A stretch of DNA of 64,000 bases from an uncultured Desulfarculus sp. (GTDB taxonomy: Bacteria; Desulfobacterota; Desulfarculia; Desulfarculales; Desulfarculaceae). The notes beneath the pieces were generated by a model. That model searched no databases and was not told the DNA's origin. It saw nothing but the letters and a program-made list of their open reading frames with translations. The stretch covers positions 928,001-992,000 of the forward strand of contig CAXXUK010000002.1 of NCBI GenBank assembly GCA_963665125.2, given 5' to 3'. The position numbers were made by a program, and so were the translations under genes. Shown here in pieces: positions 46,340 to 55,464 of the stretch (its first letter is position 1; each line of letters starts with the position of its first letter).

Positions 46340-47422
46340 TTACGTTTGGGTGTGGATTTGGGTGTGGATTTCCCGCACCCGCTCAAATGTTTCAATGGCC
46401 TCCCTCTCCGTCTGGCCGATGCTGTGCAGATACACCTCGGTGGTCTTGCGGTTCTCATGACCCAGAATTCGCTGGATGGCTCCCATGGGCACATTGTGGC
46501 TGTCCATGATGGAGGCTCCCGCGTGGCGCAGGGCATGAAAACAGAAGTACTTGACCTCGGCCTTGCCGCACAGGGCGCGCATTATGCTCTTACGGTCGCG
46601 ATAAGGCCCGGAGACGGTCTTTCCCGTGCTCCGCTGCCTGTATGTGTGCCAAAACACCCAGGGCTTGTCCTGATCGCGCTGCGCGTGACGGCGGTCCAGG
46701 ATGGCATGCAACCGCCTGGTCATCGGCACCCGGCGCGGCGTCAGATGGCCGCCCCGCTTTTTCCTGGTGTAGAGCGTCACGGTGCGGCGGTCAAAATCCA
46801 CGTCATCCCATGTCAGGCGGTTGATTTCGCCGACCCGGCCCATTGTTTCGACTATGGTCCATAGGTAGTCCTGGACCTCGCAGTCGGCCATGCTGATGAC
46901 CTTGACGATATCCTCCAGCGGGGGGACGTATTTCTCCTTTTTGTGCACCGGTAGAAACTCGATTCCGTCCAGGGGATTGGTTTTTACCAGGCCCCTCTTT
47001 TTACCCCAGTTGAAGGTAGCCCTGAGGTAGCGGATTTCACAGTTCACGCTTTGGGGGCTGATCTGGCGTTTCCGGACCAGGATGAACGCCTCGATCATGT
47101 CGCGCGTTATCTGGCCGCATGTCAGCCCTTTCCAGCGCTTTGTCCAGCGGCGGGCATAGTAGCAATAATCCTGGTAGTGCCGCTTTGAGTTGTATGTCTG
47201 GACAAAATCCAGCCTCTTGTTAACCAGCTCCAAGAAGGCCATGTCTGTTTGGGTCTTCTCCGGGGCCTGGCTCTCCGGCTGTGGGTTTTGCAGCTCCTCT
47301 CTCTTGCGGGCTTCGGCCTGTCTGGCTTCGCCCTTGGTTTTGTAGCACTTGCTTGTGTATCTTTGTCCGGCCAGGGTGAAGTCGTACTTCCACCCCCGGC
47401 CTTTGCGGGAATATGCGCTCAT
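46340..47422 (-). CDS. Tyrosine integrase
   Basis: N-terminal arm-binding-like segment; TMGRVGEI (R), KK, HALRH, LGH, TTEVY catalytic residues. Confidence 0.95.
   Translation of the reverse strand: MSAYSRKGRGWKYDFTLAGQRYTSKCYKTKGEARQAEARKREELQNPQPESQAPEKTQTDMAFLELVNKRLDFVQTYNSKRHYQDYCYYARRWTKRWKGLTCGQITRDMIEAFILVRKRQISPQSVNCEIRYLRATFNWGKKRGLVKTNPLDGIEFLPVHKKEKYVPPLEDIVKVISMADCEVQDYLWTIVETMGRVGEINRLTWDDVDFDRRTVTLYTRKKRGGHLTPRRVPMTRRLHAILDRRHAQRDQDKPWVFWHTYRQRSTGKTVSGPYRDRKSIMRALCGKAEVKYFCFHALRHAGASIMDSHNVPMGAIQRILGHENRKTTEVYLHSIGQTEREAIETFERVREIHTQIHTQT
46345..46371. repeat. 12-bp tandem repeat, candidate integrase arm-type sites
   Basis: tttgggtgtgga x2 (+ttt), inside the integrase 3' end next to the att region. 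Confidence 0.55.
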
Positions 47423-47573
47423 AGATATCCTTTTTGCTGGGGAACAGCAGGACACCCCTGAGCTTCCTAGCGCCAAGCAACTCCTTGTTTTTGTAAACCC
47501 AGCTCAGGCTTACATGGAGAAACTCGGCAACCTCCTCAGGGGTCAGTATTTCAGGCTGGGCGGAATTTGGCAA
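47220..47573 (-). CDS. Excisionase-like HTH protein overlapping integrase 5' end
   Basis: ILTPEEVAEFLHVSLSWVY MerR/Xis-type HTH; TTG start. Confidence 0.7.
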   Translation of the reverse strand: MPNSAQPEILTPEEVAEFLHVSLSWVYKNKELLGARKLRGVLLFPSKKDIYERIFPQRPGVEVRLHPGRTKIHKQVLQNQGRSQTGRSPQERGAAKPTAGEPGPGEDPNRHGLLGAG

Positions 47574-47574
47574 G

Positions 47575-49020
47575 CTACGGCCCCAATTTCAGCAATTTCG
47601 GCTCATGCTCCTCGGCCTCAATGGCGGCCGGGGGCATCTCCGAGCGTTTCTTGAGCTTGTTTTCCTGAAAATACGGCAGGACGCTTTCAAGCTGGATCGG
47701 TAATTTGTTGCCGTGGATCAGCACTGCTTGGTTTTGCTCGAGCATGCGGATTTCATCAGGGTGCATCAGCGGCTCGCTGACGCTCCGGCCTGTCTTGTGG
47801 TCCTGCACCGTGGCTTGGCCCAGGGAGCGGCTGACGGCTTCGCAGGTCTCCACGCCCAGGCCCGGCAGGATCAGCTTGCTGACCAGCCCGCCCGAGAGCA
47901 TGGTCCGGGCGGCTGCCTGGCCGTATTTGTCGGTTAGCTGGCCAAAGTCCTGCAAAGCGATCATGATGCCGCATTTACGCTTGCGCAGGGTCGTGCAGAC
48001 CGTGGGGAAAGTCGGCAAATAAAGCTGGCCAAACTCATCCAGGGCCAGCAGGGTGAAGCGCAGACGTTGGTAGGCGTCGGAGCCTTCCACGGGCCGGGCC
48101 ATGAGCGCGTCGAATATGGCCTCGGCGATGAGGCTGATGATCAGCGAATAATAGGCCTGCTTGTTTTCCGGCACGCAGATGTAGAGCACGGCCTTGCCCA
48201 GGTCGAATTTACTCAGATCAAGATCGTCATGGCAGGTGATGCGGGCCGTGGCCGGATCGTTGAACGGAGCCAATGCCGCCGAGGCTGTCGCGGTGACACC
48301 GGAGCGCTGGTTGTCGCCGTAGTTGCATATGGCCCGATACTTGGCGAAAAGCTGGTCGTCGTCCAGGTGTTCTGCGATGAAGTCATCGATGATCTTGCGG
48401 CCTACACCATTGCACAGGTATTCGGCGTTCGAGAAATTGACATAGTCTCTGGCTAGGACCTCGACCGCCCCGCCTTCTTCGTTGAGTTCTTCGACCATGT
48501 AGTTGGCAAGGGCTCGGAAGACAATATTGATCAGGGCCTTGGCGTCAGAGGTCCAGAAGCTCTGTTCCTTGGGGTAGGCGTGATCGACGATGCTGGCGGC
48601 CATGCGTTGCAGTGCGTGATGATCGCCACGGTTGCGCAGCAGGGGATTGAAACCGTGCGAGTTCTGCGGATTCTCGAAGTCCAGTTTGTAGACTGTGTAA
48701 CCTTGGGATTCCAGCCACCCGCTGGTCTTCATGAACAGCTCTCCGGCCAAGTCGGTGACCACAAAGTTGGCGTCCACCTCCAGCAGGTTGGGGATTATCT
48801 GGGTGCTGGATTTACCCGAGCCCACCGTGCCCACGATGACCGCGTTCTTGCAGGAGTTAGCTACATTCAGAAAACGGCCGGGGGCAAAGCGCATCCCATC
48901 CTCTATTTTGTTGAGGATTTGGGGGACATCCCACCTGTTCATGAATCTGGCGCGGGCCATGGTGCTCCTTTGGGCCGGGTCTGTGCGGCCTAGTAGCTCG
49001 TGGAAAAATCGGCGGATCAT
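47575..49020 (-). CDS. VirD4/TraG-like type IV coupling protein
   Basis: GTVGSGKS Walker A, TDLAGEL, FNPL, LALDEF Walker B, LQDFGQL..KYG, PLMHPDEIR. Confidence 0.92.
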   Translation of the reverse strand: MIRRFFHELLGRTDPAQRSTMARARFMNRWDVPQILNKIEDGMRFAPGRFLNVANSCKNAVIVGTVGSGKSSTQIIPNLLEVDANFVVTDLAGELFMKTSGWLESQGYTVYKLDFENPQNSHGFNPLLRNRGDHHALQRMAASIVDHAYPKEQSFWTSDAKALINIVFRALANYMVEELNEEGGAVEVLARDYVNFSNAEYLCNGVGRKIIDDFIAEHLDDDQLFAKYRAICNYGDNQRSGVTATASAALAPFNDPATARITCHDDLDLSKFDLGKAVLYICVPENKQAYYSLIISLIAEAIFDALMARPVEGSDAYQRLRFTLLALDEFGQLYLPTFPTVCTTLRKRKCGIMIALQDFGQLTDKYGQAAARTMLSGGLVSKLILPGLGVETCEAVSRSLGQATVQDHKTGRSVSEPLMHPDEIRMLEQNQAVLIHGNKLPIQLESVLPYFQENKLKKRSEMPPAAIEAEEHEPKLLKLGP

Positions 49021-49056
49021 ATGGCGGGTTAACGGCCCGCCAATTATAGCAAATGC

Positions 49057-49338
49057 TTAGAATTTGCCGCCGAAGATGCGCTTGACAGCCGCCCAGATCA
49101 GCCACAAGGCGATGAGCGGCCCGGCCACGCTGACCAGGGCGGCCATGAGGCTGTCCAGCACGCTGATGGCCCCGGCGGCCACGGTGTTGGTAAGCCGGGC
49201 GAACCAACCGCTCTGCACGGCCAGCCAGATCAAAAGGCCCAGGCCCACGGGTACGGCCAGCTTGCGCCGCGCCAGCAGCCACAGACCCACGCGGCAGAAT
49301 CCCCGATACGTCTTGCTCAGAAAATCTTTCATATTCAT
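49057..49338 (-). CDS. Small membrane protein
   Basis: Two hydrophobic stretches; in operon with the coupling protein. Confidence 0.7.
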   Translation of the reverse strand: MNMKDFLSKTYRGFCRVGLWLLARRKLAVPVGLGLLIWLAVQSGWFARLTNTVAAGAISVLDSLMAALVSVAGPLIALWLIWAAVKRIFGGKF

Positions 49339-49686
49339 TCATCGCTCCAGTTCCGGTCCGTTGTTTTTGGCCAGTTCCTGCCCGGCCTCACGCTCCTTGC
49401 GGTCTTGATCCAATTGGGCGGTGCGATTTCGAGCATCCTCCCGGCGTTCTTTTTTGTCTTTGCGCGCCTGCTTGGCGTCACGCACCCGCAAGCTCAGCAG
49501 TTCGTTGCTCAGTTCCATCTGCTTGGCGCTGTGGTAATCCTTGAGCAGCTTGGCGGCCTGATCCTGAGTAAGGCTCATGGCTGGCTTGATGCCCACCTTG
49601 CGCAGCTTCTGGCGCTGCTCCTCGGTGGCCTGTTTTACCGGTGCGACCCCGGTGACCATGCCGCGCATAAACTGCTTCATGCCCAT
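49339..49686 (-). CDS. Hypothetical basic, helical protein
   Basis: AAGGAGG RBS before MGMKQF; abuts next gene. Confidence 0.7.
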   Translation of the reverse strand: MGMKQFMRGMVTGVAPVKQATEEQRQKLRKVGIKPAMSLTQDQAAKLLKDYHSAKQMELSNELLSLRVRDAKQARKDKKERREDARNRTAQLDQDRKEREAGQELAKNNGPELER

Positions 49687-49696
49687 TTCCGCCTCC

Positions 49697-50365
49697 TTAC
49701 AGCCTGGGGATGGCCACGAATTCGGCCGCACCGGCCTGCTCAAACCAGCGGGACCAAAGCTCCTGCAAGCGGCGGCTCTGGGGGGCGGTCTTGAGGCCAT
49801 AACCGCAACCGATGGCAGCGACTCGGGCCTTGGCCAAAAGCCCGGCGGGCGGCGCGGGCAACCCGCCGGAGTTGTAAGCGGCCAGGCGGTAGCAGTTGGC
49901 GTCCGGGCTGTATTCGAGCATGTCGCTAAGGATGATCAGCCGGGCGTTGCGGCCTTTGACCAGGCTTGAGAGGTCATACAGGGCGCGGATGATTTGGGTC
50001 CGGTCCTGGACCTTGAGCTTGCCGCTGGCGGCCAGCTTGGGCACGGCGGCCAGAATCCTGGCCAGCTTGGCGGCCACCTCGCGGGGTTTGCTGCCCCTGC
50101 GCTTGGTCAGGGTATAGTCCAGGGCCAGGCCGTTGACCGTGGCGTCGGCCAGGCCAAAGGTGCGGAGGCTGACCCGTGAGCCCAGGGGCAAACCGGCCAC
50201 CTCGCGGGCCACGTATGCCCCGGCCTTGGCCGCGAACGAGGCGCTGGTGATGTGGGCTGTGCTGCCGCTGAGGTCCAGCAGCACGATCACGGTTTTGCCT
50301 TGGGCGGCCGCAGGCGCACTCAGGCACAGGGTCAGCAGCATGGCGAATATCATTCTCTTAGTCAT
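49697..50365 (-). CDS. Exported vWA-like (MIDAS) protein
   Basis: Signal peptide; VLLDLSGS...T...ILSDM MIDAS residues. Confidence 0.8.
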   Translation of the reverse strand: MTKRMIFAMLLTLCLSAPAAAQGKTVIVLLDLSGSTAHITSASFAAKAGAYVAREVAGLPLGSRVSLRTFGLADATVNGLALDYTLTKRRGSKPREVAAKLARILAAVPKLAASGKLKVQDRTQIIRALYDLSSLVKGRNARLIILSDMLEYSPDANCYRLAAYNSGGLPAPPAGLLAKARVAAIGCGYGLKTAPQSRRLQELWSRWFEQAGAAEFVAIPRL

Positions 50366-51353
50366 GGTCGGCCTCCTTGGGCTGGGGTTCGGGTTCGACG
50401 AGCTTTAGAGCCTTGAGCGCCTCCAGGCAGGCGGTCTCTTTCTTTTCCGCCGCTTCGAGGTTCACCGCGCGCATCCAGCGCAGGCCATAGACCTGCTTTT
50501 TGTTGAATTTTGCGCTGTCGGAGAGGTGATACATTTCAAAGACATTGCGCCACCAGGGCACATAGGACAGGCCGTCCAGATGGGCGCGGATGATCATGTC
50601 CTGGGCGGCACGCATCAGCACCAGGCGGTTGCTGGCGATGGTCTCGGCGGCCAGGGCGGATTCGGCGGCGGCCCGCTGCAAGACAGCGATGCGCTCCAGG
50701 ATTTGCAGGCGGCCGCGCACAAAGGCCAGCATCTTCAGATTTGGCCACTGCTCCAGGATTTCCACCAGGCACACGGCGCTGCCCAGGCTTATCAGGATGT
50801 AGGCCACGGCCAGAAAGGCGGTGTGGCTGAGCAGATCGTTTTGCAGGTCCGCCGCAGTGGGTGTGCCAGCCAGGCTCTGAGCGGACTGCGCCGTCTGCGG
50901 TTCCAAACCCAGGGCGGCCAATTCTGCGTCTGCGGCTATCCCGCCGCTGCCGTTCAATTCCAGATGCCGCAGGTGCATCAGGTCGCTTCTGGCCAGGCCC
51001 ACGCCCAGCAGCATGGCCACGGTCAGCGCCCCGGCGGTCCAGAAAAGCATCTTGCGGGCATTTGCGCCCAAAAACTGCAAGGCGTATTTGAGGATCACCA
51101 CCGCGCTCAAGAGCATCAGGCCCTTTAGCGCCGCGATGGCCAGATCAAAGCCGCCGATCCCGCCCAGGGTGTCCCTGCCGAACTCGGCGAAAAAATCAAA
51201 GCCGAAAGCCCACTCCAAGGGAATGGTGACGGCCAGGATCAGGCCCGCCACCACCACCCTTAAACGGGCGGGCAGCAGCCTGGCCTCGGCCAGCTTCAGT
51301 TCGCCGTGCAGCCCGCTTTGGGGGCCGGATTCGGTCTTGGTCTGCTTGCTCAT
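50358..51353 (-). CDS. Multi-pass membrane protein
   Basis: About four hydrophobic segments plus helical C-terminus; overlaps both neighbours. Confidence 0.8.
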   Translation of the reverse strand: MSKQTKTESGPQSGLHGELKLAEARLLPARLRVVVAGLILAVTIPLEWAFGFDFFAEFGRDTLGGIGGFDLAIAALKGLMLLSAVVILKYALQFLGANARKMLFWTAGALTVAMLLGVGLARSDLMHLRHLELNGSGGIAADAELAALGLEPQTAQSAQSLAGTPTAADLQNDLLSHTAFLAVAYILISLGSAVCLVEILEQWPNLKMLAFVRGRLQILERIAVLQRAAAESALAAETIASNRLVLMRAAQDMIIRAHLDGLSYVPWWRNVFEMYHLSDSAKFNKKQVYGLRWMRAVNLEAAEKKETACLEALKALKLVEPEPQPKEADHD

Positions 51354-51907
51354 CGGTCACCTCCTGCTTTGCGGCCGGTTTCAAGGTGCGTGGATTCCTC
51401 GTAACGCAGGTCATCGCCGGGCCTGGCCGGTTGGGGCGGCTGGGCCAGTTGCTTCCGGGGCCTGCCCCTGCGCTTGGCCGGAGCTTCAGGCAGGGTCTTG
51501 GCCGAAGCACCCTCGCTCAAGCGGGGAGCGGGCTCGGGCTTTACCTCTCGTTCAACCCGCAGTGCCTCGATATGCTCCGGGCTCATCTCTATCTGCGCCA
51601 ACAGTGCGGCCGCCTCGTCGCCCAAGCTCTGGGCCTGGGCCTGAAAGCCATGGGCCGCTTGCTCGATCAGGGCGCGCATCACCGCCTTGGCGCTGTCCAC
51701 ATTGGCCTGGCAAAGGGGCGCTGCCGCCTGGCTGGAGATGTAGATTTCCCGCAGGGAGTCCTTGTGCGCCCGGCGGAAGTGATTCAGCGAATCGGTGAGC
51801 AGGCCTGCGGGCAGCTCGGCTAGGCTCCACTGGGCAGCCTTGGGCCTGGGTTTGGCGTTTGCACCGGCCAAAGGCAGGGCGCGGGGCTTTTTGCGGCGTG
51901 AAAACAT
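51350..51907 (-). CDS. Hypothetical protein with AT-hook-like motif
   Basis: GGAGG RBS; KRRGRPRK; ATGA overlap with next gene. Confidence 0.7.
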   Translation of the reverse strand: MFSRRKKPRALPLAGANAKPRPKAAQWSLAELPAGLLTDSLNHFRRAHKDSLREIYISSQAAAPLCQANVDSAKAVMRALIEQAAHGFQAQAQSLGDEAAALLAQIEMSPEHIEALRVEREVKPEPAPRLSEGASAKTLPEAPAKRRGRPRKQLAQPPQPARPGDDLRYEESTHLETGRKAGGDR

Positions 51908-51920
51908 GGGTTCCTCCGTT

Positions 51921-52265
51921 TCAGGCGGCGTGGGCGGCCAGGACGTTGAAGACAGTGACCACGGTGCGGCGGTCCAGGCTGATCACCACCGTGGTGCCGA
52001 TCCAGCGGGCCAGCTCCGGCAGACCCACGCGGAGCACGTCCTTGTCCCGGAGCTGAAAATAATAGGCATTGCTTTTGATGGCACGGGTGCCGTGATCGAA
52101 GGCGGCGCGGATGGCCTCAGGGGAAATGTCACGCTGCCTGGCGCGGCGGCGGGCGTGCAGGGAAAGGGGCGGCAGACGCCGTGGGGGATGGGCCAGGCGG
52201 CAGGGCCTCCGGGCTTGCCCCTGGGCGGGCCGTGGGTTATTTTTGGGGCTGTTTGTTTTTCGCAT
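51921..52265 (-). CDS. DUF4258-like small protein
   Basis: SLHARRRARQRDIS...AAFDHG...TVVTVF pattern; GGAGG RBS. Confidence 0.6.
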   Translation of the reverse strand: MRKTNSPKNNPRPAQGQARRPCRLAHPPRRLPPLSLHARRRARQRDISPEAIRAAFDHGTRAIKSNAYYFQLRDKDVLRVGLPELARWIGTTVVISLDRRTVVTVFNVLAAHAA

Positions 52266-52362
52266 CGACTCTCACCTCCGCTTGGGTTGAGCCAAGAGTA
52301 GAGCCGCATGATTTTTCGCGCGCGGAACCTAAGGGGAGGCAGGGGGAGTTTAGGGGGTGGTT

Positions 52363-53241
52363 ATGAGCAATGAAGAGAAACTTTTCGCTGATAAGCTGGT
52401 CGCGCTGATCAAAAAACAGGGCTTGGAACAGTTCAACGCCTATGAACAGATGCAGCGCGAGGCAAAAGAGCTCAGCGAGTATCATGAAGTCAATAACTAT
52501 TCAAAATGTATGGCCATTGAGTTCGACACCTTTAAGAAACGCTTGCAGGGCAAAAACGTCAAACGCAGCATTTTCGCCATGGCGGAAATTGCGGCAAGCT
52601 GTTTCAGGGAAAGCGGGATTACTGCGGGGCACCTGACCGACCCGTCCCTGCCCTTGGCCGATTTTCAGGCAAAGTTGGGCCTTTACGTGGGCGGACGCGG
52701 GACCGGCGACGCCTCCACGGTGCGGCAGGTCCACAAGGTGGTGTTTTTCATCAAGGCCAGGACTGGCGGCGGCGCGCCGCTGCTGTTGAATTACTTCAGT
52801 TCGGACTGGCAGATGCTGCTGTTCCCAAACGTGAACACGCCCACGGGCGGCGATGTGGAGGCAAAGCTACTCATGCTCTTGGCCGAACGCTTGGAAATCC
52901 CGAAGGACAGCATCACCCTGGCTTATGATCCCGGCGATGAGCGGCTGAAAAGCTCCACCCTAAAGGAAACGGCGGACAAGGAAAAGATCGCCAAATACGG
53001 CCAGTTTGCCCGCTATCACTTCATCTATTGTCCGGTGAAGATCGAGGCCCCGCCCGAGCATCTATTGCAGCGGCGATTCACCGTGCGCGATGTGACCTGG
53101 CAGTGGTTTTCCCTGGCCGCGCTCAAGGAGAACAACGAAATCCGCCACCACAACAACGATGTCCTGGAGCTGCTCAGCAGGGAGTTTGACGCGACGTTGG
53201 CGTTTCTTGATGATTCATTTGGGGAGGTGGTTGGTGTGTAA
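52363..53241 (+). CDS. Hypothetical protein with probable degenerate NUDIX-like C-terminal domain
   Basis: LLNYFSSDWQMLLFPN...LAERLEI...YHFIY...WQWFSLAALKE..EI..HN.DVL; fold assignment is recall, not a search. Confidence 0.6.
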   Translation: MSNEEKLFADKLVALIKKQGLEQFNAYEQMQREAKELSEYHEVNNYSKCMAIEFDTFKKRLQGKNVKRSIFAMAEIAASCFRESGITAGHLTDPSLPLADFQAKLGLYVGGRGTGDASTVRQVHKVVFFIKARTGGGAPLLLNYFSSDWQMLLFPNVNTPTGGDVEAKLLMLLAERLEIPKDSITLAYDPGDERLKSSTLKETADKEKIAKYGQFARYHFIYCPVKIEAPPEHLLQRRFTVRDVTWQWFSLAALKENNEIRHHNNDVLELLSREFDATLAFLDDSFGEVVGV

Positions 53242-53328
53242 AAGTTGCGTTTTCTTTGTAGTTTCATTGCCTGAAGCCCAAAAGGACTGCTAACATCAGG
53301 GTAAATAAGGTCAATATCGAGGGCGATA

Positions 53329-54078
53329 ATGAATGAAAAAATGAAAGAGCTTCAGGCCTGGCATGAAATCACAGAATACCAGCGCATTAGAATTCATTTT
53401 GCCCAAATAAGGCACGACAAAGGTGTTCCGCTACGAGAAATCAGTAGAGCCACCGATAAACTTATTAGCATCGCTGAGTCTGGCCACATACCTGACGAAA
53501 TTATTGGTCTTGCAAAAATAATTGAGAAAAATGCTTATTATTTAAGCTCTTTAATAAATGACACAGCAGATGAAGTTTGGAGAAACGCTGATCGTAGAGA
53601 ACGAATATATATAAAGAAATTTTTTAATAGCATTATCGATTCTTGGCTTTCCACCTGTGAAAAGAAAATTGATTTAGAACTTACTTTTGATTTGTGCGAT
53701 GAATACATTAAATGGTATCCGATTCGCCTCCAGAGAATAATGTATAATTTACTCAACAATGCATATAAACATGGGTTTAGAGGAAGAGATGGCGGCGAGG
53801 TCAAGGTCCATTGCCAAACAGTGGTAGATGAATTGTCGGTTACGGTTGAAGATAATGGTAATGGCATTGAGCCTGATTTTACTCGATATATTTGGGATAG
53901 CCATATGAGAAGCAGAGAATCACACTACGATGACGGAAGCGGTATGGGATTGTACATTTGCAAAAAATTATTGAAGCAAACAGGGGATATTATCACTTGC
54001 AATTCATTGTTAGGCAAAGGGACTGTTTTCTTAATAAAAATTGATTCTAAGAGGAAAGAACCAAGGATAAATTTCTAG
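53329..54078 (+). CDS. Sensorless histidine kinase (DHp + HATPase_c)
   Basis: H box FAQIRHDKGVPL, N box NLLNNAYKH, G1 EDNGNGI, G2 GSGMGL; AT-rich. Confidence 0.88.
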   Translation: MNEKMKELQAWHEITEYQRIRIHFAQIRHDKGVPLREISRATDKLISIAESGHIPDEIIGLAKIIEKNAYYLSSLINDTADEVWRNADRRERIYIKKFFNSIIDSWLSTCEKKIDLELTFDLCDEYIKWYPIRLQRIMYNLLNNAYKHGFRGRDGGEVKVHCQTVVDELSVTVEDNGNGIEPDFTRYIWDSHMRSRESHYDDGSGMGLYICKKLLKQTGDIITCNSLLGKGTVFLIKIDSKRKEPRINF

Positions 54079-54357
54079 TTTGTCTGTCCCGCCATCCCCT
54101 CGCTATAGTAGTTAGTATCTTTTTGCCTCATACTCCGGCACCCGAAAGCGCAATAGCCACCGCTTCCATGCTACACGCAGCCTGCCGAATTGCCGCCAGT
54201 GCAGACGCGCGCCGTCTTGCCTGCTGGCCCACAGGCGCAGGGTGCGAACCGCCGCCCTGCTCGAAGGCGCGGCGCTGGCCAGAAGGCGGCCGGATTGCCG
54301 CAGTTCGAAGCGGCCCGTTGCGTCGACTTCATCCCAGAATCTGGACATGGTTATAAG

Positions 54358-55302
54358 TTAATAATGAATACGCAGGGTGGCCGCCTCCTGGTAGGCGGTG
54401 GGTTTCTTGCAGTATTTGCGGGTTGTGGCGATGCTGGCGTGGCCCAGGGCTTCTTGCACCAGCTCGATGGGCACCCCGGCGTCCAGGGCGTGGCTGGCGA
54501 ATGTTGCCCGGCAGGAGTGCGGCGTGGCCTTGGCGGGCAGTTCGGCCAGACGGGCGTATTTATCGAAGATGCGCTGGATTTGCAACCGCCGCAGATGCCG
54601 TTTCGGCCCGAACGGCTTCACCGGCAGAAACAGCGGGCTTTCGTCCTCGAGGCCGTGCCCGGCCGCCTCCAGCCACTGCCGCAGCCAATACAGGAGCTGG
54701 CTACTCAAAGGATTGCGGATGGTCTTGCCGCCCTTGATGCGGTAGCGCAGCACCCAGAAGCCCGCGTCCTCGAACAGGTCGCGCACCTTGAGCCCGGCTG
54801 CTTCGTTTATCCTGGCCCCGGTGTAGAGCAGCACGCCCAGAATGGCGAAGTCGCGCTTGCCCGCCAGGGTGCCGGGATCGGGCGCGGCCAGCAGCCGCCG
54901 GGCCTGGGCCTTGGTCAGCAGCACGCTCTCCACCTGCCGGTCATTGACGCTGGGGCGCTTGAGGCCATGGCAGGGATTCAGGCCGATGAGTTGAGCCTCG
55001 CACAGCTCCCCGAACAGGGAGCTAAGGGCGGCCAGCCGGGCGCGGATGGTGCGAGGGGCAAGTCCCTGGGCCTCCATGTGCCCGCGCCATGCCAGCACCG
55101 CACCGCGATCCACCCGCCGTAGGTCGTCCGGCCCGGTCAGCCCGGCGAATTGGGCAAAGCTGAGCACGGCCTGCCGGTATGCGGCCTTGGTGTTGGGGCT
55201 GATGAAGTTGTGCAGCCAGAGGTTTTCCGGCCGGGTGTGTCCGGTCCGGGCAAGGCCAGTGCCCCGGCTTGACAAGGCAATCAGGTTGTTGTCTTGGAGC
55301 AT
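54358..55302 (-). CDS. XerC/D-like tyrosine recombinase (resolvase type)
   Basis: SAM-like N-domain, TGARINE, KGGK, PHSCR, LGHASIATTRKY. Confidence 0.93.
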   Translation of the reverse strand: MLQDNNLIALSSRGTGLARTGHTRPENLWLHNFISPNTKAAYRQAVLSFAQFAGLTGPDDLRRVDRGAVLAWRGHMEAQGLAPRTIRARLAALSSLFGELCEAQLIGLNPCHGLKRPSVNDRQVESVLLTKAQARRLLAAPDPGTLAGKRDFAILGVLLYTGARINEAAGLKVRDLFEDAGFWVLRYRIKGGKTIRNPLSSQLLYWLRQWLEAAGHGLEDESPLFLPVKPFGPKRHLRRLQIQRIFDKYARLAELPAKATPHSCRATFASHALDAGVPIELVQEALGHASIATTRKYCKKPTAYQEAATLRIHY

Positions 55303-55320
55303 GGATCAGGGGTGAAATAT

Positions 55321-55348
55321 AGGATGCATAACTAGCTTTATGTATTTG
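55321..55348. other. dif-like 11-6-11 recombination site upstream of the recombinase
   Basis: aggatgcataa-ctagct-ttatgtatttg. Confidence 0.55.
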
Positions 55349-55464
55349 TATTATATCAGATAATGCAATAATAGTAGGTTTTAAGTATGTACCACTAGTG
55401 GAATCATTTATTTGATTCTAAGTAAAAGTTTTCGGGTATCTTGCCATTGTAATATTATCGAAAA

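Noticed and set aside
47420..47445. Programmed frameshift fusing Xis-like protein to integrase at C AAA AAG
   Set aside because: Fusion would need a +1 shift; the motif is an imperfect -1 type and the integrase has its own ATG
54112..54356. Short ORFs between the kinase and the recombinase
   Set aside because: No recognisable motif or convincing RBS; overlapping ORFs on both strands
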